Origin: Acidimicrobiaceae bacterium
GTDB lineage: Bacteria > Actinomycetota > Acidimicrobiia > Acidimicrobiales > Aldehydirespiratoraceae
DNA: 64,000 bases
Direction: 5' to 3'
Assembly (NCBI GenBank): GCA_028820455.1
Contig: JAPPJC010000081.1
Location: 14,807-78,806 of the forward strand
Below, piece by piece: positions 30,892-40,720 of this stretch. Made by a program: the position numbers and the translations under genes. Positions within the stretch are counted from its first letter, which is position 1. Each line of letters starts with the position of its first letter. Under the pieces are notes generated by a model. The model saw nothing but the letters and a program-made list of their open reading frames with translations, was not told the origin of the DNA and made no database searches.

Positions 30892-31791
30892 TTATCTACC
30901 ATGTGGTGTTTGATTTCTGTAGTATCCAAGGAGATCGCGTAATGTTGCATCCAAAGAGATTGCAGGTTTCCAGCCTGTAGCCTTCTGCAGTTTTTCCGGG
31001 TTTCCTCTGACTTCCGGGACATCTATCGGTCGCATCAGAGTGGGATCAACTTCTATGTGCATGTCATGAGACGCTTTTTTTAACAGTAGTTCGGCTAGTT
31101 CTTGTATTGTATGTGATTTACCGTTGCAGATGTTATAAACTTCACCAGGTTCACCTGCAACGGCAAGCATCCGATAAGCCCTGACCACATCACGGACATC
31201 CGTGAAATCGCGTCGGGCAGCAAGGTTGCCTGCTCGCACTATTTTAACCCCGGAACGTTCATTGGCTGTTATCTGTGCTGCTATAGATGAAGCCACAAAG
31301 CGGTTATTTTGGCCAGGACCGAGGTGATTGAATGCGCGGGTTCGTATTATGTCTGTCCCCTGTGCGAAACCGGCTTGCAAACTGAGTATTTCAGCGGCAG
31401 CTTTACTGGCTCCGTAAGGCGTTACAGGTCTTAAGGGTGCAGTTTCACTCACTGGGAGTTGGGTGGGGTCAACCTGCCCGTAGACGTCGGCACTTGATGT
31501 GACGAGCACACGCTGCACATTGGAATTGTGGGCAGCCTCGAGCACGTTATAGGTGCCTTCAATGTTCACTCGTAGTGTCTCAATAGGTGCTTTCCAACTC
31601 AGAGCTATATCGGCTTGAGCTGCAAGATGGTAGATGATTTCAGGACGATGATGCTGAAACTCAGCAGCAATTGCGTTGCGATCTGTGATATCGGTACATG
31701 AGGTAGTGACATCGTCACCCAAGGAGCACAGGTGAACCACTAGATGTTTGCCCACGAATCCCGATGCTCCAGTTACCAGTACTTGTGCCAT
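30892..31791 (-). CDS. NAD-dependent epimerase/dehydratase, probable GDP-4-keto-6-deoxy-D-mannose reductase (Rmd-like)
   Basis: 299 aa SDR with VTGASGFVG and TPYGASK. It lies immediately upstream of gmd, with a 6-bp gap. The specific activity is inferred from context. Confidence 0.8.
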   Translation of the reverse strand: MAQVLVTGASGFVGKHLVVHLCSLGDDVTTSCTDITDRNAIAAEFQHHRPEIIYHLAAQADIALSWKAPIETLRVNIEGTYNVLEAAHNSNVQRVLVTSSADVYGQVDPTQLPVSETAPLRPVTPYGASKAAAEILSLQAGFAQGTDIIRTRAFNHLGPGQNNRFVASSIAAQITANERSGVKIVRAGNLAARRDFTDVRDVVRAYRMLAVAGEPGEVYNICNGKSHTIQELAELLLKKASHDMHIEVDPTLMRPIDVPEVRGNPEKLQKATGWKPAISLDATLRDLLGYYRNQTPHGR

Positions 31792-31870
31792 GGTTTCATT
31801 GAAAAGTGATGTGGGCGCAGCATACTGAGGTTGATCGAAGGCCAGTTACCAGTACTTGTGCCGTGGTTTC
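31769..31870 (-). repeat. X-Y-X module: the first 29 bp of the Rmd-like gene region (including its ATG) is duplicated 73 bp upstream with the ATG changed to ACG
   Basis: 31769-31797 CCAGTTACCAGTACTTGTGCCATGGTTTC versus 31842-31870 CCAGTTACCAGTACTTGTGCCGTGGTTTC (1 mismatch). The unique core between them is 44 bp. Confidence 0.9.
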
Positions 31871-32054
31871 GTCAATGTGGATTGTGGCAGTCAATCGTAA
31901 CACAGTCATATTTTAGTCATAACCTGCGACAGATCACAGGTGTGGGTGTAGTAGCAGAAATACGGACGATGTTTAGCCTGGCATGGTTATTCGGCCGATA
32001 TTAAAATATAAAATACTGTTGAAAATCTTATATTGACAGTAACTTTACCACTAA

Positions 32055-35000
32055 ATGTCCTCACATTCGAAAGCATCATCCGGCGGCGTACTATCTGTTC
32101 TTGCCGTTGTGGTAGCTCACAACCCCGATGAAGGGTTCGAAGAAACCCTTGAATCTCTGACACGCCAAGATTACGAACAGCTAAGCGTAGTAATAGTTGA
32201 TACTGTTGGTAGGAGTACAGGAGTGCCTGTTGAAGCCACTCCCCTCTCTCCGGATAACGCTGGTAGCTCTGATATGGCTGCCACTGAAGATTTGGATGAC
32301 CCGAGTGATGCCGGCGATCTCAAAAGACGGGTAAGAAGTGTTATACGTGAAGCAGCCATAATCACCGCACCCGGTGTTTCGGGTTTTTCAGCAGCTGTTA
32401 ACACGGTTCTAAGCACTGATCTGCATGCTTCGTTTTTGTTGCTATGCCATGACGACATGGTCTTAGAGCCTGACACAGTTACGAAATTGGTTGAACAAGC
32501 CAAACAAAATGATGCTTCTTTGGTTGGTCCGAAACTAATGCACAAAGACCAGCCAGAAATAATAGAAAGTGTTGGTTACGAGGTTGATCGGTTTGGTGCT
32601 AAGTCAGATATGACGGGTAGCAGTGAATTGGATCAAGAACAACACGACTCGATGCGAGATGCCTTTGCCATCAGCACAGCCGCAATGCTGATAGACAAAG
32701 ATATTTTTGTTCGCATTGGTGGATGCGATCCAGCGATGAAATATCGAGGATATGACGTTGATCTATGCTGGCGAGCGCGAATGGCCGGGGCTCGGGTTAT
32801 TGTAGCCGGTGATGCCAAGGTCCACCACCGTGGACGAATTGCCACATCCTCCGAAGCAGCCGATGACCACTTCACCTTTTTGAATGCGGAAAACTTACGT
32901 TCGATGTTGATTAATCATGGACGTATTTCTTTACTCATTTTCATGCCTCTGGCTTTGTTGATTTCTGTTGCAGAAATTATTTTGGCAGTGTTCACAGGCC
33001 GTATACGGCGTGTTCGTACTGTATTCGCAGATTGGACGTGGAATCTCACGCGCTTGACAGACGTGTTGAAACGACGTCGTGCCAATGCTCGTGTCCGTCA
33101 AGTCCGTCAAGCTGATGTAGCAGCATTGCAGTATCTTGGCAGTATCCGGTTGACTTCATTTATGAGGCAACGCTTTGACAGTAACAACATCGGAAAAGCA
33201 GGCGGTTTCTTTAGCAGTACAGGACGTGGCCTACTTAATTGTTTCAGTATTGGTCAAGCTCGAGTTGTGTGGTTGGTGTGGGTTTTAATCGTGAGTGCGG
33301 TTCTTTTCGGTTCTCGATCTCTGATTATTTCCGGTGTATCAGCTGTAGGGGATTTCGCGTCGTTCCCATCTTCGGCTGATGACCTTTTGAACTCATGGTG
33401 GAGTGGTTGGAGTGAGCGAGAGACTGGTGCCCCATCTTCCAATCTAGGTGGACTGTTCTGGCTTGGTGCTCTTGGTTTTTTGCTTGAACTGATAGGGGGT
33501 TCTATGGGTTTGGTGCGTACTTTGTGGGTGCTGACACCGGTGTTTGTGGGTCTGATCGGTATTTATCACATGATGTCACGGGCTGGTTCGTATAAAGCTC
33601 AACTCGGTGCTCTTATCGCTTACTCGTTAATACCATTGGCACCGGCTTCAATAGCCAGTGGATCGATCGCAGGGCTCGTAGCCTACGCAGTAGCCCCATG
33701 GTTTTTGGGCATGGGTTTCAGTGCACTCGGAATTACGCCGTTCGGTGCTGATGGTGTTGTGGGATCAAAAAAGTTGAAATGGTATGGGGGTTTGTTGTCG
33801 GATGTTTGGAGATTGGGTCTATGTGCTGGTATAGCATCACTTTTTGTGCCGTCGGTAATGGGGCTATTGATCGTCACAGCAGCAGGCTTAATCATTGGAA
33901 GTCTACAAGTGGGACGTTTATCCGGCATATTTCGTCTTCTGGTGGCGACTGTTGCTTCTCTGTTGTTTGGATTGTCAATTGTTTTCCCCTTCACAGTGGA
34001 CATGGTAGTAGCGGGGCCTGACTGGCAACTCTTCGCCGATGGTCGTGATGGCTCCGCAATGTCGGTTTCACTGTCTGAAATTTTGACTTTTACTGTTGGA
34101 CCCAACGATAAGGGACTACGCGTGTGGTTTTTGTTCATCCCCATGTTTTTGCCTTTGTTGCTTGGTCGAAATTGGCGATTTGATCAGTCTGTGCGTTTTT
34201 GGATGGTAGCTTTGGTTTCCTGGGGCCTGGCTTTTGCTTCTCAACACGGCATTCTAGGTGTAGGCCTCCCAGATGTCCATCTATTGATAGCACCCGCAGC
34301 TGCGGCAGCCGCAGGCTTGTGCGGTATGGCTGTTTTGTCGGTTGAACATGATTTGCGCATGTCGCATTTTAGTTACAGACAGTTTCTAGTTCCGATCGCA
34401 GCAGCAGGTTTAGTGTTGTTGGCAATGGGTACTATCGGAATACTCGAGGATGGCCGTTGGGGTCTTGTCGGTAGGGATCACCAAACAGTTCTACGTTTTG
34501 AATCTGAAGACTTGTCCGGTGATTATAGGGTACTGTGGATCGGTGTTCCTGAGTTCTTAGGAGTGGAAGGACGCCATCTGGACAATGGGCTGGCTTGGGC
34601 TGTTACGTCGGGTGGTCGAATAACGATAGCCGATCGTTCCATAACAGCAGATCCGGGGATGGCCGATCCGATCAAGACCACCCTTGAAGGCATAGTGGCT
34701 GGTGATACAATCCGCGGAGGACGCTGCTTAGCTGACTTTGGTGTGCGTTATGTAGTGTTGGTGCATCGTCTGGCTCCAGCACCGTTTCCGTCACAGCAAA
34801 AGATATCCCCCGCGGTCAGTTCTGTGTGGATTGAAGCTTTCAACAGTCAGTTGGACATGCAACAAGTACAAGGTATCAACAGTGCGCTAACTTTGTTGAA
34901 CAACACTTCTTGGGCACCTTCTCTTGATTTGGTCGATGTTGACATCGGTAATGCGAATTCTATGGACGGTATCACCTTCGCTGGACCAACCACATCCGAC

Positions 35001-35258
35001 ATCGCTCCTTCAGTCGATTTAAGGGATACTTCTTCTGTGGCAACGACTTCAACTGATTTTGCGGAGAAAGACTCTTCATGTTCAACAGCTGAGTTGTTGG
35101 AAAATGCAGATATCAGGCTTTCCTACTCATCGCCATGGTGGCGAAAATCAAGTCAGATATTCGGGGTTGCTGTGTTGCTGGTGCTTATTTCAGTGCGGTT
35201 GAGAAGTCGAATGACAATCCGGCAAAATCAAGAATCCAGCAGAATCAGCCAAACATGA
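32055..35258 (+). CDS. Family 2 glycosyltransferase fused to a large polytopic membrane domain
   Basis: 1067 aa. The N-terminal GT-A domain has VVVAHNPDEGFEETLESLTRQDY and LLCHDD, followed by more than 10 TM segments. The stop overlaps the next start (ATGA at 35255-35258). Confidence 0.88.
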   Translation: MSSHSKASSGGVLSVLAVVVAHNPDEGFEETLESLTRQDYEQLSVVIVDTVGRSTGVPVEATPLSPDNAGSSDMAATEDLDDPSDAGDLKRRVRSVIREAAIITAPGVSGFSAAVNTVLSTDLHASFLLLCHDDMVLEPDTVTKLVEQAKQNDASLVGPKLMHKDQPEIIESVGYEVDRFGAKSDMTGSSELDQEQHDSMRDAFAISTAAMLIDKDIFVRIGGCDPAMKYRGYDVDLCWRARMAGARVIVAGDAKVHHRGRIATSSEAADDHFTFLNAENLRSMLINHGRISLLIFMPLALLISVAEIILAVFTGRIRRVRTVFADWTWNLTRLTDVLKRRRANARVRQVRQADVAALQYLGSIRLTSFMRQRFDSNNIGKAGGFFSSTGRGLLNCFSIGQARVVWLVWVLIVSAVLFGSRSLIISGVSAVGDFASFPSSADDLLNSWWSGWSERETGAPSSNLGGLFWLGALGFLLELIGGSMGLVRTLWVLTPVFVGLIGIYHMMSRAGSYKAQLGALIAYSLIPLAPASIASGSIAGLVAYAVAPWFLGMGFSALGITPFGADGVVGSKKLKWYGGLLSDVWRLGLCAGIASLFVPSVMGLLIVTAAGLIIGSLQVGRLSGIFRLLVATVASLLFGLSIVFPFTVDMVVAGPDWQLFADGRDGSAMSVSLSEILTFTVGPNDKGLRVWFLFIPMFLPLLLGRNWRFDQSVRFWMVALVSWGLAFASQHGILGVGLPDVHLLIAPAAAAAAGLCGMAVLSVEHDLRMSHFSYRQFLVPIAAAGLVLLAMGTIGILEDGRWGLVGRDHQTVLRFESEDLSGDYRVLWIGVPEFLGVEGRHLDNGLAWAVTSGGRITIADRSITADPGMADPIKTTLEGIVAGDTIRGGRCLADFGVRYVVLVHRLAPAPFPSQQKISPAVSSVWIEAFNSQLDMQQVQGINSALTLLNNTSWAPSLDLVDVDIGNANSMDGITFAGPTTSDIAPSVDLRDTSSVATTSTDFAEKDSSCSTAELLENADIRLSYSSPWWRKSSQIFGVAVLLVLISVRLRSRMTIRQNQESSRISQT

Positions 35259-36907
35259 TTCCAAGACCGGCTAATTATGATTCATTCACTGGAAGACTTC
35301 GTTCCGCTCGTGTTCTGTCTTTGATTATGATCGTCGGAATGCTAGCAGGGGCTGCGGTAATCGATTTACGAGATCGCCCGTTTTTTGATCATTTGGAGAT
35401 TTCTAGCAATTCATTGACCAACATGTCAGGGCCGATGGTTGCATGGTTTTGCCCGGGAGGCAGCAACCAAGACGGCATGGCAGAGCTGACCATTGAGTTA
35501 TTCAATGCAGCTCGTGTTACACGTGATGCCACTATTACGGTTATACCGGATTCTTTGCCAGCAGCTCAACTTACCACTAAGGAAGCAGATTTTGATCACT
35601 CCTTTTCTATTTCAATTCCTTCACAAAAAAGGGTTCTGCTACCTTTAGGCGTTGAGCTTCCTGAAGCGCAATGGGTTGGAGCGGTAGTTGAGGTTGCCAG
35701 CCCCGATGTTATCGTCGAGCAAATCATCAGCGACAAGCATGGTGGTGCTGGACGTTCAAGTTGCCTGACACGCACATCTACACAATGGATTCTGCCTCAT
35801 GGTGCTACTCGCTTGGAAGCCGAGGGTGAGCAACTATTTCTGATGCTTCTCAACCCTTATCTTGATTTCGCGGTCGTCAATATCGAAATGCTCAGCGATT
35901 ACGGTCATGATTCCATTGAAAGTCTTGTAGTGCCAGCTGGTGAAGTAGTGAAAGTGGATGTGACAGACGAGTTACCTGTTGCTGATACAGTCACCTTGTA
36001 TGTTGAAGCAATATCCGGTCGTGTAGCTGCTTCCTGGATTCAATTAGTCGATGGCCCCAAATCGGGAAAAGGCACGCAAGTGGCAACCGCTATACCGCAT
36101 GTTGCTCCATTATGGTATATTCCGTCAGCAGGCGTGGATACTCAACGACGTGATGTAGTTGCCGTTACCAACCCTTCGACAGATCGAACTGCTGCTGTGG
36201 ATATTGAGGTTATCACCGATCAACCTGATGTCACGATTGATCCTATAGAGCTGACCATAGCCCCCCGACAGACAGAACTGGTTAATTTGCAAACCCAAAA
36301 TAGGTTGAAAGGTTTCAATGACTTTACAGTAGTAGTTCGTTCTCTTGAAGGTTTACCTGTGGCAGCTTCTATTACGAGTATTGTCGGCGATGCTGCAGTC
36401 CTACCGGAATTCACTAGTAGTTCGATAGACGTGACTGATGCGCTGGATTCCGACAGCCCTATTGACAGTTTTGAAGATGATCAAACCACTTATTCGCTGC
36501 AAGACAGAATAACACCAGGAGCTACCGCTACAATCGCCGCTGATGCAGCCGCCAAGGAATGGCTGTTGCCGGTAGAGGTTTCAGCTGTTGGCAACATGGA
36601 TAAAAGCGATAATGGCACAGTTGACTTAGATGCCGACGTTTCCAGTGTGGCTATCGTGAATCCATCATCGAGTATCATCGCTTTGGTTGATTTAATTGTC
36701 AATGATGTGACGATTCGTTCGCTTGAATTGGGGCCACAACAACGTGCCCGCTTTCCATTGGCTTGGTTTGCTTCAGGCTATTTCATTCTGGAAATAGAAG
36801 CATCATCACCGGTTATAGCTGGTAGTGAGCTAATAGGGTTGACATCTCGTGTTGCGTCTTTAGGTGTGGCTACCTCCGAGCCCGTTCCTCTGTCCATCCT
36901 TCGTTGA
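35255..36907 (+). CDS. DUF5719-like secreted/anchored protein, partner of the large GT2
   Basis: The ORF starts at 35135, but the ATG at 35255 gives MIPRPANY...VLSLIMIVGMLAGAAV (signal anchor) and is coupled to the GT2 stop. The family call is from memory of the conserved actinobacterial GT2-DUF5719 pairing. Confidence 0.75.
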   Translation: MIPRPANYDSFTGRLRSARVLSLIMIVGMLAGAAVIDLRDRPFFDHLEISSNSLTNMSGPMVAWFCPGGSNQDGMAELTIELFNAARVTRDATITVIPDSLPAAQLTTKEADFDHSFSISIPSQKRVLLPLGVELPEAQWVGAVVEVASPDVIVEQIISDKHGGAGRSSCLTRTSTQWILPHGATRLEAEGEQLFLMLLNPYLDFAVVNIEMLSDYGHDSIESLVVPAGEVVKVDVTDELPVADTVTLYVEAISGRVAASWIQLVDGPKSGKGTQVATAIPHVAPLWYIPSAGVDTQRRDVVAVTNPSTDRTAAVDIEVITDQPDVTIDPIELTIAPRQTELVNLQTQNRLKGFNDFTVVVRSLEGLPVAASITSIVGDAAVLPEFTSSSIDVTDALDSDSPIDSFEDDQTTYSLQDRITPGATATIAADAAAKEWLLPVEVSAVGNMDKSDNGTVDLDADVSSVAIVNPSSSIIALVDLIVNDVTIRSLELGPQQRARFPLAWFASGYFILEIEASSPVIAGSELIGLTSRVASLGVATSEPVPLSILR

Positions 36908-36936
36908 TAGTGCCCGCGAATGCCTAGGCCGAGAAC

Positions 36937-37137
36937 TTGACGTCTATGCCTGCGTTGGTTATCGCCCATCAAGGTGGTTGGGATGAGTTTCTATTTGTTG
37001 TCTTTCCGTTGACACTGTTCATCATGATTGTAGGCATCGCAAGGCTGCGAGCTTCCGCGAAGGCTTCCGAGAATACAGCGAAAGACGAAGCCGACACCAG
37101 CGTGGAAACAATGAATGCCATTTCGAAAAAGAGTTAG
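36937..37137 (+). CDS. Small single-TM membrane protein (hypothetical)
   Basis: 66 aa. AHQGGWDEFLFVVFPLTLFIMIVGIARL is followed by a charged tail. The start is TTG 36937 or ATG 36946. Support is weak. Confidence 0.4.
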   Translation: MTSMPALVIAHQGGWDEFLFVVFPLTLFIMIVGIARLRASAKASENTAKDEADTSVETMNAISKKS

Positions 37138-37174
37138 CAGGCATTCTAAGAACAGTGGAAAGTGAGAATTAAGG

Positions 37175-37801
37175 TCAGCTTTCAGCTGTCAACAAATGAA
37201 GCAAATCTTCGTATTCAGTGCATGAAGGCAGTTCTGGATATTCAGTAAGAACATTCTCAGAAGCTCGGAATAAAATCCCAATGTCAGCTTTTGAAAGCAT
37301 TGTTACATCGTTATAGGAGTCACCTGCTGCTACTACTTTGTAGTTGAGAGATTGAAAAGCTGCTACTGCTTTTGCTTTTTGATCGGTTGTCCGCAGTTTG
37401 TAATCGACAATTTCGTTGTCATTCAATACAAACGTATGGCACATCAATGTGGGCCAACCAAGCTGGGCCATCAGTGGTAGTGCTAGCTGTTCAAAAGTGT
37501 CGGATAAGATCACTAACGGCATTACCGAGCGTAACTTTAGAAGAAATTCGTAGGCACCTGCAAGTGGTTTGACGTCTCTCAGTGCTTTTTTGATTGTGGG
37601 CACGGTTATGTCGTGCTTACTCAGGGCTTGCATGCGATGTGCCATCAATATGTCATAGTCAGGTTCGTCGCGGGTGGTGATGCGTAAAGCGTCAACGTCG
37701 GTGTAATCTGCTATTGCTATCCACAGTTCCGGTAAAAGCACCCCCTCTAAGTCAATAACAGCAAAACGTTGACGTTGCTTTAGTGGAGACGTAGTGTTCA
37801 T
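37175..37801 (-). CDS. thrH: HAD-family phosphoserine phosphatase / homoserine phosphotransferase (ThrH-like)
   Basis: From the ATG at 37801, the segments FAVIDLEGVLLPELWIAIA...TRDEPDYDILM...ILSDTF...AAGDSYNDVTML are colinear with Pseudomonas ThrH as I recall it. The longer ORF to 37903 would overlap uvrB. Confidence 0.85.
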   Translation of the reverse strand: MNTTSPLKQRQRFAVIDLEGVLLPELWIAIADYTDVDALRITTRDEPDYDILMAHRMQALSKHDITVPTIKKALRDVKPLAGAYEFLLKLRSVMPLVILSDTFEQLALPLMAQLGWPTLMCHTFVLNDNEIVDYKLRTTDQKAKAVAAFQSLNYKVVAAGDSYNDVTMLSKADIGILFRASENVLTEYPELPSCTEYEDLLHLLTAES

Positions 37802-37808
37802 AACTTTG

Positions 37809-39878
37809 TTAACCTCTGATTTCTTGCAGCTCCCGGTTAAGGTCCTTGATCTCGTCGCGTAAACGGGCTGCATATTCAAAACGTAGTTCAGCTGCAGCTT
37901 CACTCATTTCTTGGTTCAGTGCTTGGATTAAGCCCTCAAGTTCAGCGTCAGGCAATCTTCTCAGGTCATTGTTGTGTTTCAGTTGCTGTCGGGTTGAGGC
38001 TAGACCACCAATTCCAGGAGCACCAGTTTTTACTTTAGCAGCGTTCTCACGTTCAGGGCGAATCATCTCTATGATATCAGTTATCGCTTTCCGGATTGTT
38101 ACGGGATTGATATTGTGGGCGGCATTATAAGCTTGCTGAAGACTTCTGCGGCGTTGAGTTTCTGATATGGCTCTTTTCATCGAGTTGGTTACACGGTCGG
38201 CGTACATAATGACCTGGCCGTCCACATTGCGGGCTGCGCGGCCAATAGTTTGTATGAGTGATGTCTCACTGCGTAGGAACCCTTCCTTGTCAGCATCAAG
38301 GATGGCTACCAGCGATACTTCAGGCAGGTCCAAGCCTTCACGCAATAAATTGATGCCCACTAGTACGTCGAACTCCCCTAAACGTAAATCACGTAAAATT
38401 TCGATACGCTGCACTGTATTTATTTCACTGTGTAGATAACGAACCCTCAGTCCCATCTCCAGCAAGTAATCCGACAGGTCTTCGGCCATTTTTTTGGTGA
38501 GTGTGGTTACTAGTACTCGCTGATCGTTTGCCACTCGCTCGTTGATCAACTCGTGAAGATCATCGATTTGCCCTTCTGTGGGTTTCACGATTACTTCGGG
38601 GTCTACTAAACCTGTAGGACGTACTATCTGTTCAACGACATTTTCAGACACTCTGAGTTCATAGCCACCTGGAGTTGCCGACGAAAAGATCACCTGGTTG
38701 ATACGTTGCATGACTTCTTCAAACCTTAAAGGCCGGTTGTCAGCTGCAGATGGTAGTCGAAACCCGTTTTCAATGAGCGTATCCTTACGGCTTCGGTCAC
38801 CTTCATATTGGCCGTGAAGTTGCGGTACCGCCACGTGTGATTCATCGATCACCATCAGAAAATCTTCTGGAAAGTAGTCAAGCAAGGTGTAAGGTGCTTC
38901 ACCGGGGTTGCGTCCGTCTATGTGGGCGGAATAGTTTTCGATGCCGTTGCAATATCCCACTTCGCATATCATTTCAAGGTCGTAAGTCGTACGCATTCGC
39001 AGACGTTGCGCTTCCAAGAGTTTTCCTTCTCTTTCAAAACAGCTCAAACGGTCCGCTAGTTCAATTTCGATGCGTGTTACGGCTTGCTGCAAACTTTCGG
39101 CACTGGTTGCGTAATGTGTAGCAGGAAATATTACCAGATCTTGCAAAACGTTCAAACATTCACCGGTGAGAGGGTCAACTACGGCGATGCGGTCCACTTC
39201 ATCACCGAAAAGCTCTACTCGCACCACTGTCTCGTCATAGGCGGGATGAATTTCAATGGTGTCGCCACGCACTCGAAACTTTCCACGTGTCAGGTTTGTG
39301 TCGTTGCGTTCGTACTGCAAGTCTACGAGACGACGCAATATCGACTGCTGATTGTATTCCAAACCAGCATTCAGCACTAGTAGTTGAGTTTCATATTCTT
39401 CGGGTGAGCCAAGGCCGTAAATTGCCGACACTGAGGCCACTACAATAGTGTCACGTCTGGTAAGTAAGGCAGAAGTCGCAGAATGGCGTAGTCGGTCAAT
39501 CTCGTCGTTGACGCAAGAATCTTTCTCAATGTAAGTATCGCTGCTAGGAATGTAAGCTTCAGGCTGATAGTAGTCGTAGTAGCTGACAAAGTATTCAACA
39601 CGATTATTCGGAAATAACTCACGCAACTCGTTGGCTAGCTGCGCGGCAAGGGATTTGTTGGGAGCGAGCACTAGAGTAGGACGTTGCACAGCTTCGATTG
39701 TCCAGGCTATGGTAGCACTCTTACCGGAGCCTGTGATACCAAGCAATGTTTGGAACTGTTTTCCTTCCACAATCCCCTCGGCGAGTTCTTGCACAGCTTT
39801 AGGTTGATCACCCGCAGGTTTGAACGGAGATACCACTTTTAAAGGGCGGTAATCGCTGGGTTTTGTTGTAGGCGGCAT
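37809..39878 (-). CDS. uvrB: Excinuclease ABC subunit B
   Basis: 689 aa. Walker A GITGSGKS, helicase motifs and the C-terminal UVR domain [14 protein letters not shown]. Confidence 0.97.
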   Translation of the reverse strand: MPPTTKPSDYRPLKVVSPFKPAGDQPKAVQELAEGIVEGKQFQTLLGITGSGKSATIAWTIEAVQRPTLVLAPNKSLAAQLANELRELFPNNRVEYFVSYYDYYQPEAYIPSSDTYIEKDSCVNDEIDRLRHSATSALLTRRDTIVVASVSAIYGLGSPEEYETQLLVLNAGLEYNQQSILRRLVDLQYERNDTNLTRGKFRVRGDTIEIHPAYDETVVRVELFGDEVDRIAVVDPLTGECLNVLQDLVIFPATHYATSAESLQQAVTRIEIELADRLSCFEREGKLLEAQRLRMRTTYDLEMICEVGYCNGIENYSAHIDGRNPGEAPYTLLDYFPEDFLMVIDESHVAVPQLHGQYEGDRSRKDTLIENGFRLPSAADNRPLRFEEVMQRINQVIFSSATPGGYELRVSENVVEQIVRPTGLVDPEVIVKPTEGQIDDLHELINERVANDQRVLVTTLTKKMAEDLSDYLLEMGLRVRYLHSEINTVQRIEILRDLRLGEFDVLVGINLLREGLDLPEVSLVAILDADKEGFLRSETSLIQTIGRAARNVDGQVIMYADRVTNSMKRAISETQRRRSLQQAYNAAHNINPVTIRKAITDIIEMIRPERENAAKVKTGAPGIGGLASTRQQLKHNNDLRRLPDAELEGLIQALNQEMSEAAAELRFEYAARLRDEIKDLNRELQEIRG

Positions 39879-39906
39879 ATCAACTAAGTCTTTTTGTCGG
39901 TAACGC

Positions 39907-40599
39907 TCATAAAGTGCAAGCCCATAACCAGCAGGCTTCTATCTGTTTTTCAAGGTCAAAGTAGGAGCTGTTGTTGTTGATCACGAAGTCAGCTATAGCT
40001 ATGCGGGTTTCACGACTTGCCTGGGATGCGATCCGAGTTAGGGCTTCAGTTTTTGTGAAACCTCGTTTTTCCACTAGCCGTTGCAAGGCGATCTCGGGAT
40101 CGGTGTCCACTGTCACGATGCCATCTAAATCATTCCAATAGTGAACTTCTGTGTTTGTTCGGTTATCAGTCTGCAACGGCATGGTTTGGTTTTTTGTTTC
40201 TGCAAGGAGGGGGATTTCTATCACAACAATTTTTTCTTCGATGTTTTTTTTACCGCTGCCGTTGTTTTCTTCACAGTGGTTTCGGTCTTTACGAATGGTA
40301 TTGAGCTGTTGCTGTACTACAGTTACCACGGATGGGTGGACGATCGCGTTGAGCACAGCGAGCTCAGCATCATCACGAAACACAATATCTGCTACTACGG
40401 AGCGGTTGAGAGTCCCATCTTCACATAGGACAGAGCTACCCCAACGTCCTACCATTGCTTTGAACACAGGCTTGCCCGGCATCTGTAACTGCCGTACGAT
40501 GTCATCTGTGTCGATAAGCACAGCACCACGAGCCGCCAGACCAACGCTTACCGTGGATTTACCAGCACCGATGCCTCCGGTTAACCCTATTTCAGGCAT
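39907..40599 (-). CDS. coaE: Dephospho-CoA kinase
   Basis: [16 protein letters not shown] is the P-loop. 230 aa with an internal low-complexity insert. There is no fused UPF0157 domain. Confidence 0.88.
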   Translation of the reverse strand: MPEIGLTGGIGAGKSTVSVGLAARGAVLIDTDDIVRQLQMPGKPVFKAMVGRWGSSVLCEDGTLNRSVVADIVFRDDAELAVLNAIVHPSVVTVVQQQLNTIRKDRNHCEENNGSGKKNIEEKIVVIEIPLLAETKNQTMPLQTDNRTNTEVHYWNDLDGIVTVDTDPEIALQRLVEKRGFTKTEALTRIASQASRETRIAIADFVINNNSSYFDLEKQIEACWLWACTL

Positions 40600-40720
40600 T
40601 GTAAATGGTAGCTTGAAAGTTTGATAGGATGTATACAGCTAGACTTCTGGGATTAAGCTGGCATACTGTCTTGTGGCTACCTGTTTTTCTTTGCAGTTTT
40701 CGTTGCTGATGGGCTTTAGC

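Noticed and set aside
31792-32054. Expectation of a whiB-family gene next to cofD and the GT2/DUF5719 pair, as in other actinobacteria
   Set aside because: There is no ORF with the Cys-x-Cys-x2-Cys WhiB pattern in any frame of this 263-bp spacer or elsewhere in the window. This is recorded as an absence only.
33683-34144. Antisense or embedded ORFs of 100-170 aa inside large genes (for example 33683..34144, 40151..40624, 50724..51230, 23141..23539, 47165..47563, 58953..59348)
   Set aside because: Each lies wholly within, or antisense to, a gene with strong family motifs. Their sequences are compositionally biased (Ser/Arg/Pro/Thr-rich). These are typical shadow ORFs.
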